Source of the DNA: Lytechinus pictus
Taxonomy: Eukaryota
DNA: 64,000 nt
Direction: 5' to 3'
Assembly (NCBI RefSeq): GCF_037042905.1
Contig: NC_087251.1
Coordinates: forward strand, 27,034,001-27,098,000
The notes beneath the pieces are model-generated. The model was not told where the DNA came from. It ran no database searches and was given only the letters and a program-made list of their open reading frames with translations. How positions within the stretch are numbered: position 1 is the stretch's first letter; every line of letters starts with the position of its first letter. The translations under genes and the position numbers were made by a program. Of the stretch, positions 14,501 to 27,288 are shown piece by piece.

Positions 14501-17500
14501 GATTGGCTGAAAGCAAAATGTGCATTTGTTGTCATAAGTCTTTATGAAACGGAACCATGGTTTCTGTCTGTTACTAAAGCAAATGTCAAATAATAAGTTT
14601 TTCCGCGCTGACAAACTTTATGAAACGATGTCCTTTGTTAAGAGTACAAAATATGACTCCATTATGACTTCAAAATTGTGTTTTTCTTCTTTGCAACCAA
14701 TTTACAAATTGATGGATCACCAGTGTTTTATTTTTCAAATAGAAATACTGTTCTTTATTGTCATGAAAGTGAATGGGTACGTGATTTCCTCGTTCCCTTT
14801 TCAATGAATATACATTAATTGTCGTTTCTACATCTCCCGTCGTGCGTGATTTGTTTCATATTCGTTTTACTAAATTTGTACAAAGTAAGAAGGCCATATT
14901 CTCACTTTCTCAATTATTTCACAGTTCTACATCTTTAGGGGGATCCAAATTTGGTTATGAAGCAATTAATGTCAAAGAAATAATTCTCGAAAATACTAAC
15001 TATATATAAAAAAAATATGAAAGGAAGTAAAAGACGGCATTTCAGAAATTTTGTGTATTTTAACAAAAGGATGAACTTTCTACCTTCGACAACAATGAAA
15101 TTAATCATTTTCATTTATTTGAGCCCTTATATAGATGACGCTTTTAGCTTTTTACAAGTTCAAATTTAATATCTGCTTCTCTGTTTTTCTTTTGAAATTA
15201 TCGTTACATTTGGGTTGCAATCCCCTTTAAGGCATTTAGTTCATTATATGAAATAAACTAAATGTATACCTGTGTTCACTATTAACATTGTATGATGTTC
15301 GTAAAAAAAAATCAGAAGGGCTGATTTTTTGGTCTGTGAAATGAACAACATGAACTATATGCCTCTCGATGTTTCATATAATTTTTTCCCTACCACATCT
15401 CTCACAATCTTACCCTTTAATCATTCCTCAATTTATTCATACACATTTCTCTCGGTATAATCAGGCATCATTGGCCGAATTTTCCACAGAACTTGAATAC
15501 TTCATTATTTTTTTTAGATATTTGATTTATAGGTTCATTACAAAAGGGAATGGTTGAATGAGAAAAATCAAAGTTTTAATCCCATCAATCTGAAATATCT
15601 GTATAGAATTGAATACTATCTGTTAACAAGGCTAATGTGATTAGCATGTTATTCAATTATACAAATTATCTTTTATCATGGTATTGGTTGCATATGAATT
15701 AAATAAAATATAGAAGGCAGTGATTTTAATTTCTATTCCATTATGCAGGTATAGCCAATGAGCAACCTTCCAAGAAATGGCAAGCCTATCGCAAGGCATG
15801 GTCAAAGGTCACTCGAGGCTTGACCTCACATGACCTCAACATGGAGGCAAAGATATCACGTGACATCAACTCCATCATAGCCACTTTAAAGTCCAGTCAA
15901 GGACGGCCAATAGATGTCTCCAAGGTGGTACACATGGCTCTTTGTAACATTATCTGCTCTCTGTGCTTCGGGAAGAGCTTCTCCTATGATGATCCCGACT
16001 TTCAGAAACTACTCAAGATGGCAGACCAGTTCTTCCGTTATCTTTCTAGTGCCAGTGCCGTTAATTTCTTCCCAATTCTCTGGTATTTGCCACTGAAGGC
16101 CAACAGGGCTGTGACTGAGGGTTATGAAGGGATCTTTGCCTTCGTGAAGAAACTCGTAGAGGAAAAACAGGATGGACAATGGAAGAGTGAAGCCCATGGG
16201 TTTATTGACGTGTGCTTGGATGAAGCAAAGTCTAAGAACTGCGGTGGTCTTAGAAAGAAATCAAACAAAATGTCCGCAGATATACAAGACAAAAATAATG
16301 ATCGAAGAGGACTCAAAAGAACTGTAGTAAATGGAGAATGTGATTTCATATCTAACAAAGATTTCCAAGTACGTGACAACATGGCCCATGAAGAAATAGA
16401 CAAGAAAGAGAAAGATGCCCTTGAAACACCTGATGAGTATAATCAACAAGCCATCTGTGAAGACGTAACATATGTAGCAACGGATATGTTCATAGGAGGG
16501 GCGGAAACAACGCATGCTGGTGTGATGTGGGGCCTTGTCTTCATGGTTCTCTACCCAGACATTCAGGCTAAGGTCCAGAAAGAACTTGATGATGTGGCGG
16601 GGGACAGTCTGCCAGTCTGGAGCGATAGACATCGTCTACCATACACACAGGTGAATTATCTACTGCAAAAATTTTAACCTGTTGGACCTGGCTGGTTCTG
16701 GTACAAATGCTATTGGGATTACAGGATGAAGTAATCTGCAAAATGCAATCAAAATCAACATAAGTTTCAGTTCAAGAAACACACCCTTAGATTATGTGAA
16801 ACTGATCATGATCATTGCCAATTCTCTACATCTGTTTTTTTTTCTCTAAAGCACTTGAAAACATTGTTGCTCTTGAAGGTGTTCCACCAATCTTGAAACT
16901 TGATTTCAGAATTGATTTCAGTTAATGAAACCATCTTTTGTAAAAAGCATAAAAGTCTAGTTAAACCCCCATTCTACAGAGAGGATGACTAATTGAAAGG
17001 CCAGGAAAACTTGCTGGATCGTTAATTTTCAATGATTCTGAAGTTCTGAGGTTTTTCACAATTGCTGACTAACCTTTCACGGTTTTCATGGTCTCCAAAT
17101 CTTTTGAAATGTTTTAGAACAGTCTTTCAGAAGTCTTTTAGAGGTCTCTCAATAAACTTTCTTGATAGTCTTTCCATAATCTCTCAGTTTTGGCGAATGT
17201 CACTGAAAAAGATAACTGAAAGATCATCATGAGACAATGATAAGGCATAACTGAAAGATCATCTGATTTACAAAAGATTACTGAAAAATGTTGAAAGACC
17301 ATTAAAAGATCACTGCATTACTAGTGTAAGTTCAACTAGAAAATAAATAAAAATAAATATGACATCATTTATGTGGTAAATATTCATAACCCTTATAAGT
17401 TATTAATTAAGGAAATATATTCCATTATATTCACAAAAAACAATTGGTAATAACATCAGTCTTTCATTCCTCAATAAAGGCCTGTCTGCAGGAGATCCTA

Positions 17501-19305
17501 CGCCTTGGCAATGTCATCCCCATCGCAATCCCTCATGTGACCACCAGTGATGTCACATTATCTAATGGATGTCATCTTCCTAGAGGAACAACTGTCTTGT
17601 CCAACCTCTACTCATGTCACATGGATCCTACAGCGTGGAAAACCCCAGAAGAATTTCAACCAGAGAGGTTCCTTGACTGCGAGGGAAAACTGAAACGATT
17701 TGACCACTTCATGCCATTTTCATTAGGTAATGTTGTAGTCGTAGAAGTAGTAGGAGTAGTAGTAGAATATATTCAGAGGCGTCGATCCTGGGGGGGCAGG
17801 GGGGGGCGATTGCCCCACCAATGAAAATATTGGGTGGGCAAACATACCGTTTTGCCCCCCCAATAATTCTGCTTGTGCAAAAATAAAATAAGATTGTATA
17901 ATGTTACACAGAAATCAGCAAGCAAGATTGATCTACACAACTCGTTCTTTGTTTAAAATCGTGCTCAAATTGTCTACTTTTTCAGATTAAATTTAAAAAT
18001 TTTAAGCTCGCGCTTTGCGCTTGCATCATTTCTGTAGCAAAAACCCATACTTTTCATGATTAAATAGGTGAATAGAATGTCCCGTTTTCAGTTCTAAACC
18101 TCAAAAGCACTCCCGCTTCGATTTGCAATAATCTATTGTTGGATATATATCTTGTTCTTTATTAAAAACGTCCATTAAACTGTCATTTTTTTCAGATCTA
18201 AATATCAAAATTTTCAGCTCTATTGTTTTTGATACCCATCTTAATTATTGGTACCAAAAATTCTTAGAATATCAGTCAGTATTTAAAGAAATTTCAGCTC
18301 GCTCTTAAGTTACTATACAAACAGTCCTAAACAGGTACCTTTTTCTGGTTTTTAGGTCCGTATACTATAAAATTTCGGCTCGCGCTTTGCGCTCGCATTG
18401 ATTTGTTGATTAATTTGTTGGTCAGATGTATCTCTCTTTCTCATGAGTCATATATATATATATATATAGGCCTATGTATGTGTGGGTTTGTTTGTTTTGT
18501 GTGATCGTGCGCCTTTGGAACGTTGATTCATGATTTTTGCCCCCCCAATCTTAAAAATGGATCGACGCCCCTGAATATATATATATATATATATATACGT
18601 AATATAATCAGCCACAGGGACCATTTTGCACAAAAAAGTAATAGACAAGGGAGCTTCAGTATTTTACCACATTCTGAAAATGAAGAATACAAAAATTGAT
18701 AGCACTGAAACAATAAGACACATGTTATAAAGATTTGTTAATTAAAAATAAAACACTTTCATTTAAGAAATAGATGTGTCATGGCCAAGTGGCCTTAAGA
18801 ACCTATGCACAAGAATGTCTGGAATTCAGCAAATGGCTGATGAGCAATGCATTTCATCTACATTGTTTATTCACATCTTATGAATGGTGATGTCAAAAAT
18901 TGGTCTGATGTAATTAGTATATATGATAAGCACAGGTCTGTAAACACAGAAAAAAACAGGGCAAGATTTTTTTTTAAGTTGAAGAATAAATTTTGTTTGC
19001 ATCTGTGAATTTTAGGGTTTTGTGAAGAGCATACTAACTTTTGTTGTACACTGTTTCTATATCTCTGTGTGCATTCAATATTTTGGTTCAGCTTCACACG
19101 CCTTTTTTCATCATTCTCAGGTCGTCGCATGTGCCTTGGGGAACAGTTAGCTCACATGGAGCTTTACCTTGCATTCACACATATTCTTATCATGTTTGAT
19201 GTCAGCCTTGCTCCGAACGAACGCCAACCAAGTCTTGACGGCCGCCCTGGGATAACACACAGTCCATACCATTTCAAAATATGTGCAGTGTCAAGAAAAT
19301 CTTGA
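8398..19305 (+). CDS. Cytochrome P450, clan 2 (CYP2-like), 5 coding exons, 566 aa
   Basis: Exons 8398-8507, 13967-14223, 15749-16650, 17480-17726 and 19121-19305 have GT-AG introns with matching phases (2,1,0,1) and total 1701 nt. Motifs: N-terminal membrane anchor, [14 protein letters not shown] hinge, WQAYR C-helix, GGAETT I-helix, EILR, PERF, and FSLGRRMCLG heme motif. Subfamily not assignable by eye. Confidence 0.92.
9584..13646. mobile_element. Non-autonomous DNA transposon, Academ-like, in CYP intron 1
   Basis: TAGAC...GTCTA termini; TGA TSD at 9581-9583 and 13647-13649; imperfect TIRs of ~550 bp (9584-~10135 vs ~13090-13646). Confidence 0.78.
11000..11640 (-). pseudogene. Degenerate L2/CR1-clade LINE RT fragment
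   Basis: Frameshifted remnants: FDT, a GVPQGSVLGP-like stretch, [20 protein letters not shown]. Confidence 0.7.
13967..14223 (+). CDS. CYP exon 2
   Basis: ttccag acceptor; [18 protein letters not shown]...FDGRP; G|GTGAGG donor. Confidence 0.9.
15749..16650 (+). CDS. CYP exon 3
   Basis: atgcag acceptor; WQAYR...NIICSLCFG...GGAETT...LPYTQ; CAG|GTGAAT donor. Confidence 0.93.
17480..17726 (+). CDS. CYP exon 4
   Basis: ACLQEILR...FQPERF...FMPFSL; G|GTAATG donor. Confidence 0.93.
17773..18573. mobile_element. G-run MITE with internal GCTCGCGCTTTGCGCT repeats, in CYP intron 4
   Basis: CAGAGGCGTCGATCC / GGATCGACGCCCCTG TIRs. Confidence 0.65.
19121..19305 (+). CDS. CYP exon 5 (heme-binding Cys)
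   Basis: ttctcag acceptor; [11 protein letters not shown]...; TGA stop. Confidence 0.93.
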
Positions 19306-20559
19306 ATTTGAAAAGATAATGACAGGAAGACTAGTAGACAATGAAATAAGATGGAAAAAGGAATATGTTCAATTTATTTTTAAAAATATATTGTATTTTT
19401 CTCCCAATACATACAATATTTTGTGATTACACACAAAAGGCCATGTACATGGTTCTAACATACATATAAGTAGGTTAAAATATGAATACAAATATGATAT
19501 ATGAATTGTAATGGCACTTTTTTATGAACTAATGGTAGCTAAAACTGTCATATGGTTTCTTTTTGTGTTTCAATCTGATTTCTCTCGAATAATATGAATG
19601 AATTTAAGAAAATGAGAGTATTTTTCTTCCGATACATATCTTTGTTTCTTATGGTTTTAACATACGCATAAGAAGGTTACACAATGAGTAAAAACTTCAA
19701 AATTGACATCAACATGTGTTTATTAATTATGGGTATTGCATATCTGTCTAAGCTGTTTTGTTCAGTTTCACTGGACTTCTTGGCCTGTGACATAAATCTC
19801 AGTAATCGATTTTACAGTTGATTTGTACGATTGATTGCACATAATGACCAATATTATCAAGCATAAAAAATCAGGCCTGCAATCAAAAGGTGGGCATGAT
19901 GTAATGGGACCCTGGGCTCAATAACAAGAGAGTAATGATTGATAACAGAACATGCTGTGGCCAATCAAGATCTATGACTAGTAATCGATTAGAAATGTTT
20001 CATTTTGGCACATGATCACAGACCTTTTGTGAGACTTGGCCATGGTTTCACGCTGTAATGATCACCAAACCATAAAATGTTATCATTCCAAGAGTATAAT
20101 GGGGGAGCCTATCATGAAATGACTTGATGGACCTTTTATCCAACATTTATCTTAGGAACTTTGCTCCTCAGCCAATATAAATATATATAAATGAATATAA
20201 TATATATAAATAAATATAATATATAAATATATATATATATATATACATAAATATATATATATATATATATTTTTATATTTATATATATTTTTATATTTAT
20301 ATATATATATGTATTATTAATAAGTATAGAAAAAAAATTAATAATGATCAATTTCAATATGAGGTATGGTATTGCATTTCGGCCTTATAGACGGGTCAAT
20401 ATACAACCAAAAATAGCCTTACCCGTAACAAATTGCAACAAATGATTTTTCAACGGCATTTTGTATTATTTGACCTCAGGAATAACATACTAAAAATCTA
20501 CCAAAATCTGCATCCGGGAAAGTGGTCATTTTCAAGATGGCGTCCAAGATGGCTTCCAA

Positions 20560-22050
20560 AAATGGAGTCGAAAATTGCTGTTGCTACTTAAAAAAAAACC
20601 GACATAGTTTGCTCAATGTCCCTATACCATGGTTAAATGGGTCAAATAATACATTGGGACAAGTTACAAGGAAAGTCAGTGGTCTGGTATGTGCAAAAAT
20701 CCTCGATGGATTCTAAAAATTTATTCTGAAATGGCTGCTAATACTTAAAGCGGACAAAGCTCATTTCATTTTGGCCTGGGATATGTGATTTTGATGTCTA
20801 AACCACTGGTTTCAAGGGTCAAATAATATATTAGGATAAGTTACAAGGACAATCAATGGTCTGGTATCTCCAAAAATCGAAGATGGCGTCCAAAAATTGG
20901 TCTTAAAAATATGCTGCTGATACTTAAGGCGGACAAAGCTCCTTATCGGCCTGGAAATGTGATTTTGGTGTCTAAACCACTAGTTCCAAGGATCAATTGA
21001 TAAATTAGGGCAAGTTACAAGGACAGTCAGTGACCTGGTCGGTCAAAAAATCTAAGTTGGCTTCCAAAAATTGATTCTAAATTTGACTGCTGCTACCGTA
21101 AAGCGGACATAGCTTATTTCATATCGGCATGGGAGATGCGATTTTGGTGTCTAAACCACTGGTTTAAGGGCCAAAATAATACATTAGGACATGTTTTAAG
21201 GCCAGTCAGTGGTCTGGTATGACCAAAAATACAATGTGGCTTCCAAAACTTGATTCTAAAATGGCTGTTATTACTTAAAAGTGGCATAGCTCATTTTAAA
21301 TCCGCCTGTGAGATATGATTTCGGTGTCTAAACTATGGTTTCAAGGGTCAAATTATATATTAGGACAAGACAATGGCAGTCAGTGGTCTAGTATGTCCAA
21401 AATTACAAGATGGCTTCCAAAAATGGTGTAAAAATGTCTGATGTTACTTATAAAAGGACATAGTTTGTTTAATATCTGTCTGGGGAATATGAGTTTGGTG
21501 TTAAAAGCATGGTTTAAAAGGGTCAAGTAATACACTAGGGTAAGTTACAAGACCAGTCAGTTGTCTGTATGTTAAAAAATCCAAGATTACTTTTAAAAAA
21601 TGGGGTGTAAATTGACTGTTGCTACTTAAAAGTATACATAGTTTATTATAAATACACCTTGGAGGTATGATTTTGCTGTCTATACTAGAGTTTACAGGGT
21701 CAAGCAATACATTGGGATAAGTTGAAAGGACAGTCAGGTGTCAGGTATGTCCAAAAATCAAAGATGACTTTAAAAATGGGGGTCTTAAATGACTGCTGTT
21801 ACTTAAAAGTGGATGTAGAACATTATAAATACACCTTGGGGATATTATTTTGGTGTCCACACTAGGGTTTCAAGGGCCAAACAATCCTTTGGGACTGGTT
21901 ACCATGATATGCAGCTATCCATTTTGCCTTAAAATCCAAGTTGGCTTAAAAAATGGGTTCTAAAGTGACTACTGTTACATAAAATATCTACCTGTTAGAA
22001 ATAATCTTGGTGCCTACACTTAAATGCATGGGGACAAGTTATCATATTGT
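20560..22050 (+). repeat. ~177-bp tandem array (~8 diverged copies); inverted copies at ~22080-22500 and ~26085-26560
   Basis: GGGTCAAATAAT-like anchor recurs at ~20639, 20816, 20989, 21168, 21346, 21521, 21697 and 21874. Confidence 0.8.
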
Positions 22051-22507
22051 TTCATGAGTTGGTAACGGCACCCATTTTGATGAAATTTTAGAATCCATCA
22101 TGGATTCTTTGACAAAATGGAGTACTAACCATCCTTGTTACTTGTCCGAATGTATTTTTTTGACCCTTCATACCACAATTTGGACACCAACATTATTTCT
22201 TGCAAATGAATATTGTAGAACTCTGACCACTATTGAATATGAGTTGTTTTAGATTCCTTTTTTGAATACCCTCTTGTGTTTTAGGCGAACTGGACAACTC
22301 CATATCAATGTAACCAGTCCAAACGTATTATTTTAACCATGAAACCACAGTGTGGACACCGAAATCATATCTCCTAGGTGCATTTTATATGAACTATGTC
22401 CATTTTTAAAGTAACAGCAGTCATTTTAGACTCCGATTTTTGGAAGCTTTCTTAGATTTTCGACATACTGGACCACTGACTGTCCTTGTAACTAATTTTC
22501 TGCCTTT

Positions 22508-25500
22508 TAGTAAACTTGTTAAGAGGTTGAACGCTGCATTTGTGAGTGCAAATGTCCCACTTGGCACAAATGTTCCTTGAGTCAAAAGAAAAAGATTCAT
22601 CCAAAGAGACACGCTGTATCTATGCAAATAAGCAAGTAATTTGCATAAATTTGCATATTATGTCGATATAGTAAAAACGAGTATTTCAGAATATATATTT
22701 AACCAGAACTGCCCTAAAATTGGAAATAAAGACTTAGGGTCACAAAAGAAAGAAAATTGTCATAAAATAATTGGGATATCCTTGTTTATTATTACCTAAT
22801 TTACATAAATTATGCAAATTATAATTTAAAACAGTATTTTTTCATGAATCCTGAACTGTTAAAAAAAACCAGCAACTAAACCACAATGTCAACATTCTAC
22901 ATGAAAGACAATATATTAGCGAAAACATTGATATGCTTCATGACAGTATTAGTGTCTTAATTTGCTTAGAAAGAGGGCAAATATGTCAAAATGTATGACG
23001 TGATATTGCGCTAAAACGAGACCAAAACAACCTCTATGTCACAGTCACACTCACGAATAGGACAATAAAGCGATCAATGGTATGTCATTCGAGATAACAC
23101 AATCCCAACACAATAGCTCCCATCGGCTTCTCGTATCGCTTTTGTTGGTGTGTCTGCCACACCGTAATCTATGATACATATGGACAAAATGCATTTCGGT
23201 ATCGGTGAAACACTATTAATTTTGTTTTATTTGTTTCTAATTTGTTTCTCTTGGAAAATTTACAGGAGACATTGCTTTGCAGGTTACTGCTTTAATGAAA
23301 CTCTGGCACATGAATCATGACGAATGTATCCTACCTCAATCCATATTTTAACTTTATTAAAATATATATCTTTTGGAGACCCCGAAGTGGCAAAACTGCA
23401 TCCCCCCGGCATTCCCGCCACTTTACAAAACCAGTTTGACTTGTATAATCGACTTGGAAAAGATGTATGAGACATCAGTCAACATGTTTCCTATAGAAAG
23501 TTTTTTTTTTATTTAAGCCTACGCCAACGGGAGCCCTCCGAATTTACCCCATCCTCTCTCCGTATTTCGACTTTAAATAAAAAAAATATCGTGTTTTAAA
23601 GCCATCGGCAAGGCAAATTGCGTTTTTTGGTATGATAAAGCAACTTTTATATCTATATTTTTATATTTACATTCATCATTATTGATATTATTATAATTAT
23701 TAAAAGCCACACAGCCCTTTATTGATTCTACCCTACGTTAAATTTAAATATTTTTGGAGCCCAGTCGGAAGAAAGATGCATTTCTACTACACACAGTAAA
23801 GCCTCTTTGCGTTCTCCTATTGAAAAAAAAACATAGAAGTCATTGTTTTATATCTCATAGAATAAGTTCGTGTACGTGACGGTGGCCTGTCGAAGTTGCC
23901 CTACCGTTTATTTTGTTTTGACAATATTTATTTAGTATATCGTCTAAATGAAGCCCTCATCTGGAAAAGGGCACTTATTAAAGGCAGCATCTACATTATA
24001 TAGAGGGGGCCCTGGCACTGGGAAGAGGGGGCTGAAGCTTGTTAAATTTCTTGGACCAAAATTTTACATTGAACCTTTTTCGCTTTTCAAATTTACATCA
24101 AGAAATTTAACAAGCAAATAAACAAAAAGGATTGCACTACAAAATGAAGTTTTTTTTGGTAACGTTTCTTTTTTTTTTCGTTTTGTCACATCTGCCGGAA
24201 TTCCAGGGGGTGCTGCCTATGGAGAATAACACACGCAGCAGACCCCCCCCCCCCTTCCGGAAAATCTTGCGGGTGCTTCAACCCCCGCTTCCAAGTACCA
24301 GGGCCTCCTCTATATAATGTAGATGCTGCCTTTAATAAGTGCCCTTTTCCAGATGAGGGCTTCATTTAGACGATATTCTAAATATATATTGTCAAAACAA
24401 AATAAAGGGTTGGGCAACTTCGACAGGCCATCTTCATGTACGAACTTATTTTATGCGATATAAAACAATGCCTTCTATGGTTTTTTTTCAAGAGGAGAAA
24501 GTAAAGAGGCTTTACTGTGTGTAGTAGAAATGTATCTTTCTTCCGAATGGGCTCTAAAAATATTAAAATTTAACATAAGAGTGGAATCAATAAAGGGGTT
24601 TGAGTATTTGTGTATAGCTTACGTGTGGCTTTTCTTCAATGTACCACAGCTATTCTACATGTCAATTGTAGAGTATTTTCTCATCAATCTATTCCAAGAT
24701 ATCAATACAAACAAAAGTAATTTTTTAAGAGATCTAAAGACAAACTATTTTTGAATACATAAATCCAAAGGGGAAAGAGTATCCTAGGCATGCTCCTGTT
24801 GGATTATAGCCTTTACTGTGCTAGAGCATTATTACAAACTGCAGAACAATAATAATGATAATAATGATAACAATAATAATAATATTATTATTAATAATAA
24901 TATTAATATAGATAAATATGAAATACAAATATAAAAGTTGCTTTATTATACAAAAAACGCAATTTGCCTTGCCGGTGGCTTTAAAACACGATATTTTTTT
25001 ATTTAGTGTCGAAATACAGAGAGGGGATGGGGTAAATTCGGAGGGCTTCCGTGGACGTAGGTTTAAATAAAAAAAAAAAAAACTATCTTCAGGAAACATG
25101 TTAACTGATGTCTCATACATCTGTCTTTTCCAAGTCGATAATACAAGTCAAACTGGTTTTGTAAAGTAGCAGGAATGCCGCGGGGAATGCAGTTTTGCCA
25201 CTTCGGGGTCTCCAAAAGATATATAATTTAACAAAGTTAAAATATGGATTGAGTTGGGGTACATTCGTCATGATTCATGTGCCAGAGTTTCATTAAAGCA
25301 GTAACCTGCAAAGCAATGTCTCCTGTAAATTTTCCAAGAGAAACAAATTAGAACCAAATAAAACAAAATTAATAGTGTTTTACCAATACCAAAATACATT
25401 TTGTCCGTATATACCATAGATTACCGTGTGGCAGACACACCAACAAAAGCGATACCAGAAGCCGATGGAAGCTATTGTGTTATCTCGAATGACATACCAT

Positions 25501-26082
25501 TGATCGCTTTATTGTCCTATTCATGAGTGTGACTGTGACATATAGGTTGTTTTGGTCTCGTTTTAGCGCAATATCACGTCATACATTTTGACATATTTGT
25601 CCTCTTTCTAAGCAAATTAAGACACTAATACTGTCATGAAGCATATCGATGTTTTCGCTAATATATTCTCTTTCATGTAGAATGTTGACATTGTGTATTG
25701 ATTGCTGTTATTTATGAAACAGTTCAGGATTCATGAAAAAATACTTTGTTATAAATTATAATTTGTATAATTCATGTAATTTAGGTAATAATAAACAAGG
25801 ATATCCCAATCATTTTATGTCAATTTTCTTCCCTTTCTTACCCTAAGTCTTTATTTCAAATTTTAGGGCAGTTCTGGTTAAATATATATTCTTAAATACT
25901 TGTTTCCACTATATCGACCTAATATGCAAATTTATGCAAATTACTTGCTTATTTGCATATATACAGCGTGTCTCTTTGGATGAATCCTTTTCTTTTGACT
26001 CAAGGAACATTTGTGCCAAGTGGGACATTTGTACTAAAAAATGCAGCGTTCACCCCTTTTTTTGCAGTTAACAAGTCTACTA
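22508..26082. mobile_element. Inner Academ-like foldback element, near-palindromic
   Basis: TAGTA...TACTA termini; TTT TSD; arms 22508-~24020 and ~24290-26082 are reverse complements apart from a ~210-bp insert in the right arm. Confidence 0.82.
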
Positions 26083-27051
26083 TTTTGAAACCATGATATA
26101 GGCAACAAAATCATATGCCCTTGACGAATAAAACTGTGAACTATGTCCATTTTTAAATACCATCGCGGCTAATTGATACTATTTTTAAGCCACCGTGGAC
26201 TTTTGGACATACTTGACCACCAATCGTCCTTGTAACTTATCCCAATTTATTATTTGACCAATTTAACCATGGTATAGGCACAAAAAAATCATATCCCCGG
26301 ATATTGAACAAACTATGTTGTTTTTTTAAGTAGCAACCGCATTTTTTACTCCATTTTTGGAAGCCATCTTGGATTTTTTTAACATACCGGACTACTGACT
26401 GTCCTTGTAACTTGTCCCGACGTACTACTTCATCATTAAAACAATCGAACGGAAACCAAATTAAAGCCACTTGTGGATTTTTTAGATTACGGCAGCCATT
26501 TTGGGCGCCATCTTGGATTTTCCTGGTACCCTGGAGTGCTAATATTCACTCTAATTTGTATAAATAAATTCTTTTACCCATTGGACCATGGAATTTGAAC
26601 CAAAATAGGATTCTAGGGTGGATAATGAGTGAGTTATGTCCATTTTTAGTAAATGGCGGGCGTCCAAAAATGGCGGCCATCTTGCACACCATCTTGAAAA
26701 TAACCACTTTCCCGGATGCGGATTTTGGTAGATTTTTAGTATGTTATTCCTGAGGTCAAATAGTACAAAATACAGTTGAAAAATCATTTGTTGCAATTTG
26801 TTCCGGGTCAAACCATATATTGACCCGTCTATTATATAAAACATTTCATGATGTAAAAAAAAAATTGTCAAATTCCTTAATACCAATCAATTCTGAAATG
26901 TATATTTTGGTATATAAAACTTTACTAAAAAGATATTTCAGGTACAATTCACAATCATTATACACTAATAGTATAGTATATTGCTCTCCTACTTGAAAGA
27001 TACATGATGTTATTCAAAAGAAGTATTTTAGATTTTTTTATTAATGGAAAT

Positions 27052-27288
27052 TTATGGTATGGGAGGAATAGGGGTAGGTGGCATGTAATCGGCTATGGGA
27101 ACAAAATCAACATCGTAATTGAATGCTCTGGGCCCGACAACATCCAGGACCTTTGGTGATCGTAGAGCAGGGGGGCTGGGGAGTGCGATGACGGCTACAC
27201 GGAGACCATACTGTACCGCCTCTGTTGTGATTGGATGACCTTTATCAGCATCAGTGATGACGATGATGTCTGGTGTCATGGCAACAAT
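27052..27288 (-). CDS. HyuA-DUF917 exon 17 (terminal)
   Basis: PDIIVI...TTEAVQYGLRV...VGPRAF; TAA stop. Confidence 0.9.
   Translation of the reverse strand: MVAMTPDIIVITDADKGHPITTEAVQYGLRVAVIALPSPPALRSPKVLDVVGPRAFNYDVDFVPIADYMPPTPIPPIP

Larger units (their letters stand above)
20388..26831. mobile_element. Outer Academ-like non-autonomous element with internal ~177-bp tandem arrays
   Basis: TAGACGGGTCAATATA...TATATTGACCCGTCTA termini; TTA TSD on both sides; ~150-bp TIRs. Confidence 0.8.

Noticed and set aside
9584..26831. RAG/Transib-type transposon with RSS-like ends
   Set aside because: Termini are TAG...CTA with 3-bp TSDs, not CAC...GTG with 5-bp TSDs; no RAG-like ORF seen
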